A DNA stretch of 53,988 bases from an uncultured Clostridia bacterium. GTDB lineage: Bacteria; Bacillota; Clostridia; Christensenellales; UBA1242. Below the pieces are notes generated by a model. It saw only the letters and a program-made list of their open reading frames with translations. It had not been told where the DNA came from and did no database searches. Of this stretch, positions 1 to 8,202 are shown piece by piece (the first letter of the stretch is position 1; every line of letters starts with the position of its first letter). Position numbers and translations under genes: made by a program. The DNA is taken from positions 1 to 53,988 of the forward strand of contig CALWHN010000003.1 in assembly GCA_944380415.1 (NCBI GenBank). Direction: 5' to 3'.

Positions 1-104
1 AAGCTGTAAAAAAAACAAGAAGGCCGTATTGTCTCGGTTTTAAGTTTTCTCAAAAAAGAATGACAATTTGTTATACCGCTCAAAATTAAATAATAAAATA
101 CCAT

Positions 105-788
105 ATGAGATTTTTCGTTATCAAAAGGAAGTCGTTGTGTATTGGGCTTGTTATTTTGCTTGCCTTTGCAAGCATTGTTTCTTTTGCAGTTACAGCTGCA
201 ACGGCAACGCCCAAGCCGCAGTATACAATTATCATTGATGCCGGCCATGGTGGAATTGACCCTGGATGCGAAGGAACGCTTGAGGGGAGCAATGAAAGAG
301 AGCTAAATCTTCAATATGCAAAAACGCTTAAAAGATATTTTGAAACTTATGGATTCAATGTTGTCATGACAAGAACTACAACAGATGGGCTTTATTCTTC
401 CTTTGCTCAAAATAAGAAAAAGGATGACATGCAAAAACGAAAGGAAATTATTGATAAAGCTGATGCAGATTTGATTTTGAGCATTCACATGAACGCCTTT
501 CCTCAAACATCTGTTAGAGGAGCCCAAGTTTATTACAACCCAGAAAGTGAGGTCTCAACAAATTTGGCACAGTCAATTCAAGAGACTTTTGTTTCTGATC
601 TTCCACAGGCAAAGAAAAACCCTGGGATAGGGGATTATTACATTTTAAACTGTTCCAACACGCCGGCGGTTATTGTTGAATGTGGTTTTTTAAGTAATCC
701 AGAAGAGGAAAAGTTGCTTCTTTCTCAAGATTATCAAGAGAAAGTTTGTTATTCAATTTTATGTGGTGTAATTAAATATTTTGGATAA
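105..788 (+). CDS. N-acetylmuramoyl-L-alanine amidase (Amidase_3, CwlD-like)
   Basis: IIIDAGHGGIDPG, E-x3-N, SIHMNA and VECGFLSNPEE motifs; N-terminal hydrophobic anchor. Confidence 0.9.
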   Translation: MRFFVIKRKSLCIGLVILLAFASIVSFAVTAATATPKPQYTIIIDAGHGGIDPGCEGTLEGSNERELNLQYAKTLKRYFETYGFNVVMTRTTTDGLYSSFAQNKKKDDMQKRKEIIDKADADLILSIHMNAFPQTSVRGAQVYYNPESEVSTNLAQSIQETFVSDLPQAKKNPGIGDYYILNCSNTPAVIVECGFLSNPEEEKLLLSQDYQEKVCYSILCGVIKYFG

Positions 789-847
789 AAGTTTTGAAAA
801 AAGATATAATTGTGTTATAGTTACAATGCTAACAGAACGGAGGACAT

Positions 848-1072
848 ATGAAAAAAGAAAAAATTAGAAACACTTGTGACAATGTTTTTACCAAAGACAC
901 GACGATTGGTGAGGTTATCTCAACTAATTCTGATTTAACAAAAATTCTTGAAGGTTTTGGGCTTCATTGTCTAGGGTGTCCAATGAGTCAAATGGAAACT
1001 CTTGAGCAGGCAAGCGATGTTCATGGAATTGACCTTGATTTTATGCTTGAAAAACTTAATCAAAACAAATAA
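848..1072 (+). CDS. DUF1858 / hybrid-cluster-associated redox disulfide domain protein
   Basis: TKDTTIGEV, GLHCLGCP (CxxC), ETLEQA..VHGID pattern; GGAGG SD upstream. Confidence 0.85.
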   Translation: MKKEKIRNTCDNVFTKDTTIGEVISTNSDLTKILEGFGLHCLGCPMSQMETLEQASDVHGIDLDFMLEKLNQNK

Positions 1073-1093
1073 AGCCGGATAACCGGTTTTTTT
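1071..1093 (+). terminator. Intrinsic terminator
   Basis: AAAGCCGG-ATAA-CCGGTTTT followed by T run. Confidence 0.75.
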
Positions 1094-1106
1094 AAAAATG
1101 AATAGT

Positions 1107-1122
1107 ACACTATATGTTGTGG
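1107..1122. promoter_or_regulatory. NrdR-box-like palindrome
   Basis: ACACTATATGTTGTGG resembles the NrdR consensus ACACwATATATwGTGT. Confidence 0.5.
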
Positions 1123-1138
1123 TGTTATGTGAGGTAGT

Positions 1139-1780
1139 ATGAACGATATACGTGAAAAAAGTCAAAACGAAGAAATGAAGCAAAAGAAAAAGAAATGGCT
1201 TTTGCTATCCTCTCTTTTATTCCTTTCTTTGGTTGTTGTTGCAGCGGCGATTCTAATTCCAATTGCGCTAACACGAGATTCCGAAGATAAGTTGAAAGTT
1301 GTTGGCCTATATTTTGAAAGGGTTGACGCAAGTTTTGGCTATGATGAAGATGTTTTGTCAACAAATTTAATTGTTGTTTATGAAGATGAAACGCAATCAA
1401 CTGTTAAACTTGTTGATGCAATTAGTGAGGCAGATAAACAACTTTTATCTTCTGTCGGGACTCATAGTGTTACGCTTTCCTATAGGGGATATTCAAAGGA
1501 AGTTAGCGTTACAATTGAGCCAAAGGAGTACACTGACGCAGAAATTGAAGCCTTTGACGCGCATTATAAAGAATATTCTTACAGCGAAGAGGGCTATCCA
1601 ATAACTCTTCAAAATATTCCTCAAGATGCCAGCGTAATCTACTATGTGAACGGTCTTTCCATTTCAGAACCAGAAACTTATGTTGTTGTTGCGCCGGGCT
1701 CACATCCAATAACAGCCGTCATAACACGAGCGGGCTATGAAGAATTAACATTAACCTATACAATTAAGATTATTGAATAA
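1139..1780 (+). CDS. Membrane-anchored protein with bacterial Ig-like domain(s)
   Basis: KKKK followed by one TM helix; LIVVYED..VGTHSVTLSYRG..VSVTI beta-sandwich pattern; GAGGT SD. Confidence 0.65.
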   Translation: MNDIREKSQNEEMKQKKKKWLLLSSLLFLSLVVVAAAILIPIALTRDSEDKLKVVGLYFERVDASFGYDEDVLSTNLIVVYEDETQSTVKLVDAISEADKQLLSSVGTHSVTLSYRGYSKEVSVTIEPKEYTDAEIEAFDAHYKEYSYSEEGYPITLQNIPQDASVIYYVNGLSISEPETYVVVAPGSHPITAVITRAGYEELTLTYTIKIIE

Positions 1781-1808
1781 AAAAGCCGCCAAACATGGCG
1801 GTTTTTTT
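1781..1808. terminator. Bidirectional intrinsic terminator
   Basis: AAAAGCCGCC-AAACAT-GGCGGTTTTT between convergent genes. Confidence 0.8.
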
Positions 1809-2122
1809 TATATGTAAGTAATTGCTGCCATTCCAACGAAATAAAAGATAAGAATTAATATAAAGGCGACGGCACCTGTAACCAAAAAAGTAATTACCCA
1901 AGCTTTGATGAAGGTATTTCTTGCAACTGTTCCTTCTGGATACATGCAAATTCCGATAATCAGGCCAATCAGTCCCAAAAACAAGCCGAGAAGAACGCCA
2001 ATTCCCGTCTTTGGTTCGTCATACTCTTGAGATTTTTCTGGTTCCTTTTTAACAGAGCAGCCACAGTTTACGCATACGACGGCATCGTCATTAATTTCCT
2101 TGCCACACTTTGGACAAAACAT
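1808..2122 (-). CDS. Zinc-ribbon domain membrane protein
   Basis: MFCPKCG..CVNCG zinc ribbon plus two TM helices; AAAGGAGG SD favours ATG at 2122 over the ORF-track start. Confidence 0.8.
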   Translation of the reverse strand: MFCPKCGKEINDDAVVCVNCGCSVKKEPEKSQEYDEPKTGIGVLLGLFLGLIGLIIGICMYPEGTVARNTFIKAWVITFLVTGAVAFILILIFYFVGMAAITYI

Positions 2123-2170
2123 CTTTTTTCCTCCTTTGTTAAAAGTAAATAGAAATCTATTCCTGCCCAA

Positions 2171-2227
2171 ATTGTATCAGAACAAAATGTTCCATGTCAA
2201 ATATTTTTGAACAATTTGTTCTAAACT
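2171..2227. promoter_or_regulatory. Divergent promoters with two 13-bp operators GAACAwwwTGTTC
   Basis: Palindromes at 2180-2192 and 2209-2221; leftward TTGACA (2200-2195) and TACAAT (2176-2171); rightward -10 TAAACT at 2222-2227. Confidence 0.65.
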
Positions 2228-2233
2228 ATATGT

Positions 2234-2440
2234 GTGAACAAATTTTCAGAAAGAATTAGGGAACTTCGCTTTGAAAAGGGGCTGTCAAGGAAGCAGCTTG
2301 CCCAGGCCCTTTTTATCAGCGAAAGGCTTGTTTCTTATTGGGAAAATAATGAAAGAGAATGCGATTTTGACATGCTTATAAAAATTGCAAAATTTTTTAA
2401 TGTCAGCATTGACTATCTTCTTGGAAATTCTAATTATTAA
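2234..2440 (+). CDS. XRE-family helix-turn-helix regulator
   Basis: IRELR..KGLSRKQLA..L.IS...VSYWE..R..D..MLIKIA.FFNVSIDYLLG. Confidence 0.9.
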   Translation: MNKFSERIRELRFEKGLSRKQLAQALFISERLVSYWENNERECDFDMLIKIAKFFNVSIDYLLGNSNY

Positions 2441-2480
2441 AAAACCGCCTTAGTAAGGCAGTTTATTTTATTAATAAAAT

Positions 2481-2569
2481 TGGCGGAAAGGGCGGGATTT
2501 GAACCCGCGGAGGCTTTTGACCTCACCGGTTTTCGAGACCAGCACATTCGACCACTCTGACACCTTTCC
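2481..2569 (-). tRNA. tRNA-Ser(CGA)
   Basis: Reverse complement folds into a cloverleaf with anticodon loop CT-CGA-AA, long variable arm, GGTTCAAATCC T-arm and encoded CCA. Confidence 0.96.
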
Positions 2570-2667
2570 AAATCTGAAAGTTATTTTACATTAATTTGAA
2601 GATAAAATCAAGTAAAAACTTTGGTAAATTGATATTAAATTTTTAATATTTGTGTTATACTATTTTC

Positions 2668-3954
2668 ATGAAAAAATTGTTGAAACTTAATAAATCAATT
2701 TTAAGTTTAACTATCCTTTTGCTTCTCTTGGTTTCTTGCTGCTTGATTTTCTCTGCATGTGGAGAGGAACCGGCGTCTCAGGATGAGAGAAAAGTTCTTT
2801 CTTACAGCATGATTCAGGAAATTGAAGAGGTCTTTTATAACGGAGAAAGGTTGGAGCCAGAAGTTGTTTTAATGGACGGCGAAACCCCTTTGGTTAAAGG
2901 TGTTGACTATCAACTTACATATGCGAACAACATCGAACCGGGAACGGGAATTGTTTATATAACAGGAATTGGAAAATATCGTCAAACTGTTCAGGCCAAC
3001 TTCACAATTCTTGCCTCCTTTCAGGAGAAATTAAACACAATGGCTCCTGGCGAAACAATTTCATTAGGGCAAAATTACACGGGGAATTTAACAATTCCAG
3101 AGGGCGTTATTCTTAAAATTGAAAGCGGAAGCGTTGTTTATCTAGAGGGGCAAACAACTCTTTTGGAAGATGCCCAGTTGATCAACGGTGGAACGATTGT
3201 TGTTAGAAGCGGGGCAACATTGAATTTGGGTGTTGGGGCTTTGACAAACGATGGGCAAATTACTGTTGCTGGTTTTCTAGTTGAAGGAGAGGGCGGAGCG
3301 CTTAATAACAATGGAACCATAACCTTGAATGGAGGTGAAGTTGACATTTCAAATGCGCTGGAAAATCAAGGAACTTTCTCTTTAACTTTTGGAAGCGTTT
3401 TCAATATTGACAATCTTAAAATGTTAAATCTTGCCCAGCAAATAATTCAGTCCTCTAGTGTTTCAGAGAATACGATTCGTTTAAATAATAATTTGGATTT
3501 GGACGGTGGAACTCTTTCAATTGGAAGGAATAACACGCTTGATATGCAGGGCTACTTGCTTTCAAACGGAACGATTGAAAACAGGGGGACAATTTGTGTT
3601 CAGTCATATTCTGGTCTAATTAGTGCGCTTAGTTATTGTCAAGGCGAGGGAACGGTTAAACTATCTGGGGTTTCTCAAATTGCTTTGACAAATATTTTAA
3701 CCGTTCCGGCGGGTGTTTCACTTTACTTTGAGGAGGACATTTCAATTTCATCGCAAGATCCTGAGCTGTATTACATCAATGTTCAAGGGCAAATTGTTGG
3801 GCAAAACAATGTCCAAATTAATTTGCTTGGAGAAAAAATAATTGTTGGGGCAAGCAACATATTTCATGGCGACGTAATGTTTGTTAATGTTCGCGAGGGG
3901 ATTTATTACTGGAATCAAAACTCTGCAAGGTGGAATTATATTCCACAGGTTTAA
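2668..3954 (+). CDS. Surface lipoprotein with Ig-like domain and Gly/Asn-rich beta-helix-like repeats
   Basis: Lipobox IFSAC; LVKGVDYQLTYANN..PGTG.V.ITGIGKY module; repeated L.N.GT I.V motifs; ATG 2668 follows TATACT. Confidence 0.7.
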   Translation: MKKLLKLNKSILSLTILLLLLVSCCLIFSACGEEPASQDERKVLSYSMIQEIEEVFYNGERLEPEVVLMDGETPLVKGVDYQLTYANNIEPGTGIVYITGIGKYRQTVQANFTILASFQEKLNTMAPGETISLGQNYTGNLTIPEGVILKIESGSVVYLEGQTTLLEDAQLINGGTIVVRSGATLNLGVGALTNDGQITVAGFLVEGEGGALNNNGTITLNGGEVDISNALENQGTFSLTFGSVFNIDNLKMLNLAQQIIQSSSVSENTIRLNNNLDLDGGTLSIGRNNTLDMQGYLLSNGTIENRGTICVQSYSGLISALSYCQGEGTVKLSGVSQIALTNILTVPAGVSLYFEEDISISSQDPELYYINVQGQIVGQNNVQINLLGEKIIVGASNIFHGDVMFVNVREGIYYWNQNSARWNYIPQV

Positions 3955-3955
3955 C

Positions 3956-4123
3956 ATGGAAAAGACAAGTAAAAAACGGTTTGCAAAAGAAAGGCTTTTT
4001 GGCGGAGGGAGTGACGAAATTTGGGTCACATTTCTTGACGCCAACGGAAGAATAACAACTCTTCCAAAGGAGCAATTTCTTGAAATTTCAAAATATCAGC
4101 CGTGGAAAATAAAAAAGTTATAA
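3956..4123 (+). CDS. Small hypothetical protein (55 aa)
   Basis: ATG one base after the upstream stop; MEKTSKKRF..; no recognised family. Confidence 0.45.
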   Translation: MEKTSKKRFAKERLFGGGSDEIWVTFLDANGRITTLPKEQFLEISKYQPWKIKKL

Positions 4124-4196
4124 AACATTTAAAAAAGGCCTTTTCAAAAGACTTTTTTTGTTATATAATATAATAGCGCGAAAAGAGGGGAAAATT

Positions 4197-4625
4197 ATGA
4201 ATACAAATAGACTTGGAGTTTTTTGCTGTGTTAAAGAAAAGGACGGAAGTTCAACTTACGTTTTTAATGTATATGAAAGGCTTGGAAAGAATAAAGACGG
4301 AAAGGAAATTTTAAAAGAGCTTGGCCAGGACGAAAGTAAAAGTTTTGAAGAGCTTTTTGGCTGTAATAAGGGTGAGCTTGAATTTCTTAAAAAATATGTA
4401 ACAAAGGGTTTAACAATGATAACCTTTCACAATGGAGATGAGGTTGTTTCAAGGCTTAGATATCTTGGTGCAAACTTGGGCGACGGTTTTGGGAAAGACG
4501 TTGTTGAAAGTGCAAAGGATTTGGAAAGGTTCATCTCTTCAAATGAAGATGTCTTTGCAAAAAATGTTGCTAAAATTGAGGTTCTTGGAGAGATTGCGTC
4601 AACCTTTGGCGATGGAATGGAGTAG
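4197..4625 (+). CDS. Hypothetical protein
   Basis: GAGGGG SD before ATG 4197 and TATAAT upstream; no recognised family. Confidence 0.7.
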   Translation: MNTNRLGVFCCVKEKDGSSTYVFNVYERLGKNKDGKEILKELGQDESKSFEELFGCNKGELEFLKKYVTKGLTMITFHNGDEVVSRLRYLGANLGDGFGKDVVESAKDLERFISSNEDVFAKNVAKIEVLGEIASTFGDGME

Positions 4626-4631
4626 ACCTGT

Positions 4632-4660
4632 TTGCATTTTTTTATAAAATGTAGTATAAT
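4632..4660 (+). promoter_or_regulatory. Sigma-A-type promoter of the OLE RNA
   Basis: TTGCAT-17 nt-TATAAT immediately 5' of the RNA. Confidence 0.8.
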
Positions 4661-4663
4661 ATA

Positions 4664-5240
4664 CTTGCGAAGGTGCAGTATTCTAGTCGGGCGAATTTGC
4701 TTGGAAGGCGTTAAAAGCGCTAAATGGCACATCGATGAAGTTTCTGGTGTTGGCTTTGGTTGCCCAAACCGGGGCTTATGCTGGAAGTTAAGATTTTTGG
4801 GAGCGCTGTAATGGCATACAGAGGTAAGCCCAATTATCGCGGAGACCCATACCGGTGGTTTCGTTAGAGATGGCACTGATTGGGGATGAACCTGCATTGC
4901 GGTAAAAAAATTGCTGTGTGCAGCGTAGCCAGCCTTGAGTGGGACTGTTGGAATTAAGTTTATTTAAAATGGTTTTGGCCGAAACTATTTTAAAGCAAAA
5001 AAGCAGACTTATGAAATTCACCCTGCAAAAAAGGATAAGAGCAAATTTCGTGCGTTTGAGAAAATCTCTAGACTGTTCGCTTGCGATTCACTTTGGGGAT
5101 TATAGTGTGGTCTAAGTGGCGATTCGGTGATGTCCTCCCCTTAAAAGGAAACTGCTTTTACGGCGACGGAAAGTGTGGGAAGGCGGGAAATCCAACCGAA
5201 CCTATGCTGCAAGGTTTACTTAAAGTGAAGCCTTTGCAAG
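4664..5240 (+). ncRNA. ole: OLE RNA (ornate, large, extremophilic)
   Basis: About 575 nt, GC-richer than its surroundings, no credible ORF. Carries segments matching the OLE consensus as I recall it (GCAGTATTCTAGTC, GGCACATCGATGAAGTT, GTGCAGCGTAGCC.GCCTTGAGTG, TAGACTGTT, GGGGATTA.AGTGTGG.CTAAGTGG). Ends pair with each other; oapA lies immediately downstream. Confidence 0.92.
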
Positions 5241-5266
5241 AAGGTTAGCAATAACCTTCTTTTTTT
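5239..5266 (+). terminator. Intrinsic terminator after OLE RNA
   Basis: AGAAGGTTA-GCAA-TAACCTTCT followed by T6. Confidence 0.85.
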
Positions 5267-5308
5267 ATGTTTGTGATATATTAAATTTTGTGTTATTATA
5301 ATAAATGT

Positions 5309-5959
5309 ATGGAAGAAAATAATTCAGAAAAGGAAATTGAGAAGGAGCAGGAAAGTTCTCAGGATTCCAAGGTTAAGAAGTCGGATTTGAAATCCGCAGC
5401 AAATAAGGCAATCAAAAAGAAGGTTCAGCCATGGTGGGTTTGGCCAGTTAAAATTTTGGTTATAACCCTTTTTCTTTCGCTAACGTTCAGTGTGCTCAGC
5501 GAGCTTTTGATGTCAAATGTCGGAATTGCCGTTTCACTAATTGTAATCGTCTTTCTTCTCGTTTTGGGAATAGTGTCGGACATGATTGGGGTTGCGACAA
5601 CAGCCTGCCAACTTGAGCCCTTTGCCGCAATGCGTTCAAGAAAGGTTAGAGGAGCAAAAGTTGCGATGACGCTTGTTAAACACGCGGAAAAAGTGTCAAG
5701 CATTTGCAACGACGTTATTGGAGACATCTGTGGAATTCTATCTGGAGCTGCGGGCGCCGCAATCACAGCAAAATTTATAGTTGATGGAATGGGGAATTCA
5801 ATTCAAATTTTAATCGCCGGGGCGGTCAGCGCAACAATTGCAGGATTAACAATTTTTGGAAAGGCAATCTTTAAAAAATATGCTCTGGACAACTGTACTA
5901 AAATTGTACTTGGCGTTGGAAAGTGTTTGAGCATATTTTCAAGAAGAGAAAAGAAATAG
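5309..5959 (+). CDS. oapA: OLE-associated protein A (DUF21/CNNM-like membrane protein)
   Basis: Four TM segments; SDMIGVA.TA...PF.AM.SRKV.GAK and CNDVIGDICGI.SG motifs; adjacent to ole. Confidence 0.88.
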   Translation: MEENNSEKEIEKEQESSQDSKVKKSDLKSAANKAIKKKVQPWWVWPVKILVITLFLSLTFSVLSELLMSNVGIAVSLIVIVFLLVLGIVSDMIGVATTACQLEPFAAMRSRKVRGAKVAMTLVKHAEKVSSICNDVIGDICGILSGAAGAAITAKFIVDGMGNSIQILIAGAVSATIAGLTIFGKAIFKKYALDNCTKIVLGVGKCLSIFSRREKK

Positions 5960-5979
5960 GCAAGCTTTAAGTTTGTTTT

Positions 5980-6009
5980 GGCAGGGGAGGTTCCCTTGCC
6001 GTTTTTTTT
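5980..6009 (+). terminator. Intrinsic terminator after oapA
   Basis: GGCAGGGGA-loop-TCCCTTGCC followed by G and T8. Confidence 0.8.
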
Positions 6010-6148
6010 GTGATAGAACTATTAAAGCATAGACATTCGCTAAGGTTCTTTCTAGAGATAAAAAAAAAAAAAAGAGAATGTATAACGATTTATATTTATA
6101 AATTTGTTTTGTATGTAAATTCAAAACCTTAATTTTTATAAAAAATCG

Positions 6149-6254
6149 CGTGAATAAATATGCAAAAATCGCTTGCATAATTATAAATTGTATTGTATAA
6201 TAATTCCAAACCTCAATCAAAAGCTTGAATATTTATGAATTTATAAATATTCAA
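6149..6254 (+). promoter_or_regulatory. argR promoter with ARG boxes
   Basis: TGAATAAATATGCA (6151-6164), TGCATAATTATAAA (6174-6187), inverted repeat at 6225-6254; TTGCAT-17-TATAAT at 6173-6201. Confidence 0.65.
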
Positions 6255-6353
6255 AATCGCTACAGTGCCCTAAAATAGACGTGTATAGCGATTTGGCAGT
6301 TGAATGGTTGGGGCAAAGCTAAAATGTTGCAAAAGGAGCAAGCGAAAGAAAAA

Positions 6354-6812
6354 ATGGCAAGGTCAGTTAGGCAATCCAAAATTTTAGAGCTTATTTCAAC
6401 AAGAGAAATTGAAACTCAAGACGAACTTGTTGAATGCTTGCGCGCAGCAAATTTTGATATAACCCAAGCAACAATTTCAAGGGATATCAAAGAACTTGGC
6501 TTAATAAAAATTCTAAGCGCAGAAACCGGAAAATATAAATATTCTCTTGTTGATTCTGGAGAACAAGCGGTTTCTAACAAGTACATATCAATTTTTAAAG
6601 AAGCCGTAATTTCAATTAAAACTGCTCAAAACCTTGTTGTTTTAAAGACCATTAGGGCTATGGCAAATTCAATTTGCGGGCTTATTGACAAGCTTAATTT
6701 GGATTCTGTTCTTGGCGCAGTTGCCGGCGACGACACTGTTATGGTAATTCTTCCAACAAACGAGCAAGCCCAAAAGGTTGCAACAACAATTGAGGCGTTA
6801 ATTCATTTTTAA
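6354..6812 (+). CDS. argR: Arginine repressor
   Basis: RQSKILELI..IETQDEL, TQATISRDIKEL, GAVAGDDT motifs. Confidence 0.95.
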   Translation: MARSVRQSKILELISTREIETQDELVECLRAANFDITQATISRDIKELGLIKILSAETGKYKYSLVDSGEQAVSNKYISIFKEAVISIKTAQNLVVLKTIRAMANSICGLIDKLNLDSVLGAVAGDDTVMVILPTNEQAQKVATTIEALIHF

Positions 6813-6888
6813 AAAAACAACTCGCTAGGTTAAGTTGTTTTTTTTAAAGAGAAGAGGTTTGTGATTTGTGTTGGGCCCTTAACTAAAT

Positions 6889-6922
6889 AAAAAGAACTCT
6901 GATATATATAGAGTTCTTTTTT
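6889..6922. terminator. Terminator hairpin between argR and the recombinase gene
   Basis: AAAAGAACTCT..AGAGTTCTTTT; a second hairpin lies at 6811-6845. Confidence 0.65.
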
Positions 6923-6964
6923 ATATCCTCTTCTTGTCTTATACTGGCCCATTGATTTTTCTTG

Positions 6965-7996
6965 CTATCTGAGTTTAACCTTTGTTGAGGCGTTTCGACG
7001 AATGTCTTCGTCAATTGCGGCGTAGTGCTTCTTTGTTGTGTTAACATCCTTATGGCCCAGAACGTCGGCAACGATATAGATATCCTGCGTTTCGCGGTAA
7101 AGGCTTGTTCCATAGGTGCTTCTAAGCTTGTGTGGAGAGATTTTCTTAAGAGGCGTAACCGCTTGGCTATATTTTTTAACCAGGTTTTCAACTGCGCGTG
7201 GGGTTATTCTTTTTCTTTGAAGGGAAAGAAAGAGCGCGGGTTCATCTTTATCCAAAGTTTCAATTTTATCTCTTACGTTTAACCATTGAATAAGGGCATC
7301 TTTAACTTCGTTTGAGAAATATAAAACGACCTCATTTCCGCCTTTTCTCGTTATTTTAAAGCTGTTATCTGTTAGATTGAGGTCCGAAACATTTAGGCCG
7401 ACACATTCGCTAATTCGAATTCCCGTTCCCAAAAACAGGGTTAACATTGCAACATCTCTTTCCTTGGTTCTTCTGTTGTATGTAATTTCCCTTCTGGTCA
7501 AGTTTTCAGGGGCTTCGGCCTCGTCTAGAAGCTTTGCAACTTCGTCTGGCTCAAGCCTTATGATCTCTTTTTCATGAATTTTGGGCGTTGTAATTTTGGA
7601 AACTACATTTGACCTGATTAAATCGCTTTTAAACAGGAATTTGAAGAGACTTCTAATTGCGGAAAGCTTTCTTGCTTTGCCTTTTTCTTTATTTATATGT
7701 ACTTTTCCGTCTCTTTCAAAATAGGAAACATAGCTTAAAAAGCGCTCAATGTCCCTTGCCTTTATGGAATCTAGATCTGAAAGGGTTATTTCCTTGGGGG
7801 ATTTTGAAAGATTATTTGCAAGATATGTGAAGAAAAGCTTTAAATCTGCAAGATAATTGACTCTGGTAAGCGACGATGTGTTGTTTTCAATTGAAATAAT
7901 AAAGTCTTGAACATATCCTGGGAAGAAGGAGAGCTCTTGCATGATTTTCTTTTGATTCTTTAAATCCATTTCGGTGTGGTAACTAACTTTAGCCAT
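6965..7996 (-). CDS. Xer-type tyrosine recombinase
   Basis: TGIRISE, RKGG, HKLRST, LGHKD..TTKKHY catalytic motifs (R-K-H-R-H-Y); N-terminal SAM-like domain; start at MAKVSY. Confidence 0.92.
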   Translation of the reverse strand: MAKVSYHTEMDLKNQKKIMQELSFFPGYVQDFIISIENNTSSLTRVNYLADLKLFFTYLANNLSKSPKEITLSDLDSIKARDIERFLSYVSYFERDGKVHINKEKGKARKLSAIRSLFKFLFKSDLIRSNVVSKITTPKIHEKEIIRLEPDEVAKLLDEAEAPENLTRREITYNRRTKERDVAMLTLFLGTGIRISECVGLNVSDLNLTDNSFKITRKGGNEVVLYFSNEVKDALIQWLNVRDKIETLDKDEPALFLSLQRKRITPRAVENLVKKYSQAVTPLKKISPHKLRSTYGTSLYRETQDIYIVADVLGHKDVNTTKKHYAAIDEDIRRNASTKVKLR

Positions 7997-8056
7997 ATGA
8001 TTATTATCTCTAAAAAGGAAGTAAATGTCAAATAAATAATAAAAAAATTTGCATAG

Positions 8057-8084
8057 TATGTGCATAATACGCTTTATTTTGTGT
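8057..8084. other. Candidate dif / Xer binding site
   Basis: TATGTGCATAA-TACGCT-TTATTTTGTGT has the 11-6-11 layout with ATAA/TTAT inner arms and lies about 60 bp upstream of the recombinase. Confidence 0.45.
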
Positions 8085-8202
8085 GCTATGCATGCATAGT
8101 ATTACTTTTCCTACAAAATATATTGAACTTTGTTTTTTATGCGTTTGCAAAAAAATTTGAATGTGGGTATAATATTGTTATTACTTATAAAGGAGCAAGA
8201 AA

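Noticed and set aside
2180-2221. GAAC..GTTC palindromes as LexA (SOS) boxes
   Set aside because: The spacer is 5 nt, whereas the Firmicute SOS box is GAAC-N4-GTTC; the adjacent XRE protein is the simpler explanation
4427-5021. Minus-strand ORFs 4427-4897 and 4788-5021
   Set aside because: They lie antisense to the OLE RNA and the 4197 gene, with no protein-like features or SD
6965-7996. Tyrosine recombinase as the integrase of a prophage or ICE
   Set aside because: Flanked by argR and serS with no att repeats, phage genes or conjugation genes; it looks like a chromosomal Xer
8100-8202. T-box riboswitch upstream of serS
   Set aside because: A TATAAT at about 8168 leaves only a short leader, with no T-box motif or terminator
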